From positions 1 to 48,166 of the forward strand of contig SXHR01000117.1 in assembly GCA_005773625.1 (NCBI GenBank): a stretch of DNA of 48,166 bases. Direction: 5' to 3'. Made by a program: the position numbers and the translations under genes. This DNA comes from Planctomycetaceae bacterium. GTDB taxonomy: Bacteria > Planctomycetota > Planctomycetia > Pirellulales > UBA1268. Shown here piece after piece: positions 46,876 through 48,166 of this stretch (the stretch's first letter is position 1; every line of letters begins with the position of its first letter). The notes beneath the pieces were generated by a model that saw only the letters and a program-made list of their open reading frames with translations, did no database searches and was not told the origin of the DNA.

Positions 46876-47053
46876 GTCCCGTGAACCGCAGTCGTCGCTC
46901 CGATGCTCTTTTGGCTCCTCGGAAAGCATTCGGATTATGCGTCGCGCGAGAGACACCTGTGACTGGGTTGCGATACCAATCATGCCTGCCACCGTGCCTC
47001 ACCAACACGCAACCGCTCGCCTCGATTGCCTTGATCAGATCGACACGCTTCAT
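46843..47053 (-). pseudogene. hicA: HicA-family toxin, apparently frame-broken by an internal deletion
   Basis: 'MKRVDLIKAIEASGCVLVRHGGRHDWYRNPVTGV' is a normal HicA N-half. The expected continuation '...LARRIIRMLSEEPK' is present only in the +1 frame. The usual '..PVPRH.EI...' segment between them is missing. The in-frame reading runs through attC site 3 to 46550. Confidence 0.55.
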
Positions 47054-47241
47054 GGCATGACGAGCTCACCAACCTTGCGAGCGCCTGGAATATGTCCGCC
47101 CGACAGATCAAGGTACAGATCCTTCAAGTGCTCGACCAAATCCTGCAAGGTCTCGCCTTGCGTCCAGTAATCCGGATATTCCTCAAGGTAGCCAAGCCAC
47201 CAGTTGTCTTCTTGCCAGTGAACGTACTTAACCGAGTGCAT
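47050..47241 (-). CDS. hicB: HicB-like antitoxin (short form)
   Basis: 'WWLGYLEEYPDYWTQGETLQDLVEHLKDLYLDL'. The stop overlaps the hicA ATG (ATGA). ATG at 47241. Confidence 0.7.
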   Translation of the reverse strand: MHSVKYVHWQEDNWWLGYLEEYPDYWTQGETLQDLVEHLKDLYLDLSGGHIPGARKVGELVMP

Positions 47242-47351
47242 GAGACACCTCACCAAACGCCGCGACGGAGATCACTGTCACGTCAAGTCTACCGCGGCGG
47301 TCGCGTCGAAGGCCAACCGCGCGCCTACGGCGAAGCCGAGGTGTATTTCAC

Positions 47352-47441
47352 GCAGAACGACGGCATTGAGCCGCTCGCAGCCAACCAGCCCAGCTACACC
47401 GCAGGGCGCCACCGCGAGTCGGCTCCAATGCTTGGTTAGCC
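47352..47441 (-). repeat. attC-like site 4
   Basis: 90 bp. Boxes GCAGAAC ... GTTAGCC. The MazF stop codon (TAA, 47436..47438) lies inside the GGCTAAC box on the minus strand. Confidence 0.8.
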
Positions 47442-47771
47442 GCTTTGTGGCTGACCCGGAAGGACAAGCAGCATCACGACGCGACTTTCCACGAGACCCA
47501 ACAGCTCGTCCGAAAGATCGCCAAGCTTTCGCATTAGCTTAACGGTTGGAAACGTTCCAATGCCTTGCACATCGAACGCGCCATTCTTCAACCACCCAAC
47601 ATTCGTTGGAATCTCAAACCGTGTTCCCCGCACGCTTGTTGTGTGGGGAATGACCGTTGTCAATGCACGTTCATCATCGAGCACAGGACCGCTGAGAACC
47701 AGAGCCGGACGCACCTTCGCGGCGTAGCCCATATCTACGAGCCAGACCTCACCCCTTTTCGGCTTCGCCAT
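47436..47771 (-). CDS. MazF/PemK-family toxin
   Basis: 'KRGEVWLVDMGYAAKVRPALVLS...TVIPHTTSVRGTRFEIP'. ATG at 47771. Confidence 0.8.
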   Translation of the reverse strand: MAKPKRGEVWLVDMGYAAKVRPALVLSGPVLDDERALTTVIPHTTSVRGTRFEIPTNVGWLKNGAFDVQGIGTFPTVKLMRKLGDLSDELLGLVESRVVMLLVLPGQPQSG

Positions 47772-47952
47772 GGCCGGCCTCCTCGGCGTCATACATGGCG
47801 AAGACTGATTCACCAGCCGCCGTCAGTTCCTCATCTGAGAGCGGACCGGCGTTTGCCTCAGAGATTCGAGCCAACTCCAGAAGCACCGCGTGCTGCTCGC
47901 CACGCGACAAGGCGGAGAATGTGTGGATCAGTTCGACGGCGACGTCGCTCAT
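47749..47952 (-). CDS. putative antitoxin of the MazF-like toxin
   Basis: 67-aa acidic protein directly upstream of the toxin, overlapping its start by 23 nt. Family not recognised. Confidence 0.5.
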   Translation of the reverse strand: MSDVAVELIHTFSALSRGEQHAVLLELARISEANAGPLSDEELTAAGESVFAMYDAEEAGHGEAEKG

Positions 47953-48021
47953 GGATTAGTCCTCGTGAACATCGTTATACCCCACACGGTGACGGCACGC
48001 ACTCGGAGCCCGCTTTCACGC

Positions 48022-48111
48022 GGCTAACGGCAAAGATCAAAGGCTCGCGGCCCTCGGGTCTGCAACCACGCGCGGCGATGCCCGCGAGTCCTTTGCATCG
48101 TGTGGTTAGCC
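48022..48111 (-). repeat. attC-like site 5 (belongs to a cassette continuing beyond the window)
   Basis: 90 bp. Boxes GGCTAAC ... GTTAGCC. Inner arms GGCTCGCGG / CCGCGAG-T-CC. Confidence 0.8.
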
Positions 48112-48166
48112 CTTGAGGATCCACCGTGGCAGGGGAATTGCGTTGCTTCTTGCGGCTATCAAAAGC

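Larger units (their letters stand above)
45447..48166 (-). mobile_element. integron-type gene-cassette array (4 complete cassettes + start of a fifth); no integrase in window
   Basis: Five attC-like sites whose boundary 7-mers are complementary between neighbouring sites (see findings). Units of 694, 646, 565 and 670 bp. All ORFs are on the minus strand with a site 3' of each unit. GC is visibly lower than in the rest of the window. Confidence 0.8.

Noticed and set aside
46550-47053. Full 167-aa reading of the HicA-like ORF
   Set aside because: It reads straight through attC site 3 into the neighbouring cassette and overlaps the membrane-protein gene out of frame. It is better explained as a consequence of a frame break in hicA.
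45447-48111. Regularly spaced repeats considered as a CRISPR array
   Set aside because: The repeats are 89-90 bp, imperfect and internally palindromic, not the short repeats (roughly 30 bp) of a CRISPR array. The spacers are 470-600 bp and contain ORFs. No cas genes are present.
47565-48116. 183-aa plus-strand ORF; also 45410..45697, 46650..47060 and 46081..46407 on the plus strand
   Set aside because: These are antisense to the TA genes and/or run across attC-like sites. The translations are Arg/Pro-rich with no family resemblance.
45269-48166. Search for an integron integrase or any tyrosine recombinase in or beside the array
   Set aside because: No ORF on either strand in this stretch resembles a recombinase, and the largest are shadow ORFs. 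The integrase, if any, must lie outside the window.

Overview
GC-rich chromosomal window. The gene content looks planctomycetal: a DUF1559/H-X9-DG pseudopilin-like protein, a PEP-CTERM plus dockerin-like surface protein, a WD40 Ser/Thr kinase paired with an ECF sigma factor, and a PVM-type microcompartment. Blocks from left to right: (1) 0.8-3.5 kb: a DTW tRNA-modification gene, a DEAD-box helicase, and an RRM RNA-binding gene broken by an in-frame TAG. (2) 4.4-10.4 kb: envelope and secreted proteins plus an ECF sigma/anti-sigma pair. (3) 10.5-19.5 kb: a sialic-acid harvesting island (two GH33 sialidases, NanA lyase, MFS transporter, NanM-like Kelch protein), next to a PhoD-like phosphatase and an internally duplicated membrane protein. 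(4) 19.7-26 kb: housekeeping genes (ileS, purN) and small stress/membrane genes. (5) 26.2-35.2 kb: a complete DeoR-associated bacterial microcompartment locus with PduL, 2 BMC-H, AckA, 3 BMC-P, an acylating aldehyde dehydrogenase, a class II aldolase, an Ldh/Mdh and one unknown cargo-like protein. (6) 35.2-45.3 kb: the WD40 kinase and ECF sigma, DUF1080, a thioredoxin-like protein, an S46 peptidase and ComM/YifB. (7) 45.4-48.2 kb, where GC visibly drops: an integron-style gene-cassette array. Five chained 89-90 bp attC-like sites separate four complete cassettes (a ParE TA pair, a small membrane protein, HicB plus a decayed HicA, and a MazF TA pair). No integrase lies inside the window. The cassette array is the most unusual element. 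Nothing was computed or searched: all calls rest on reading the supplied translations and the DNA by eye, and family names come from remembered motifs.
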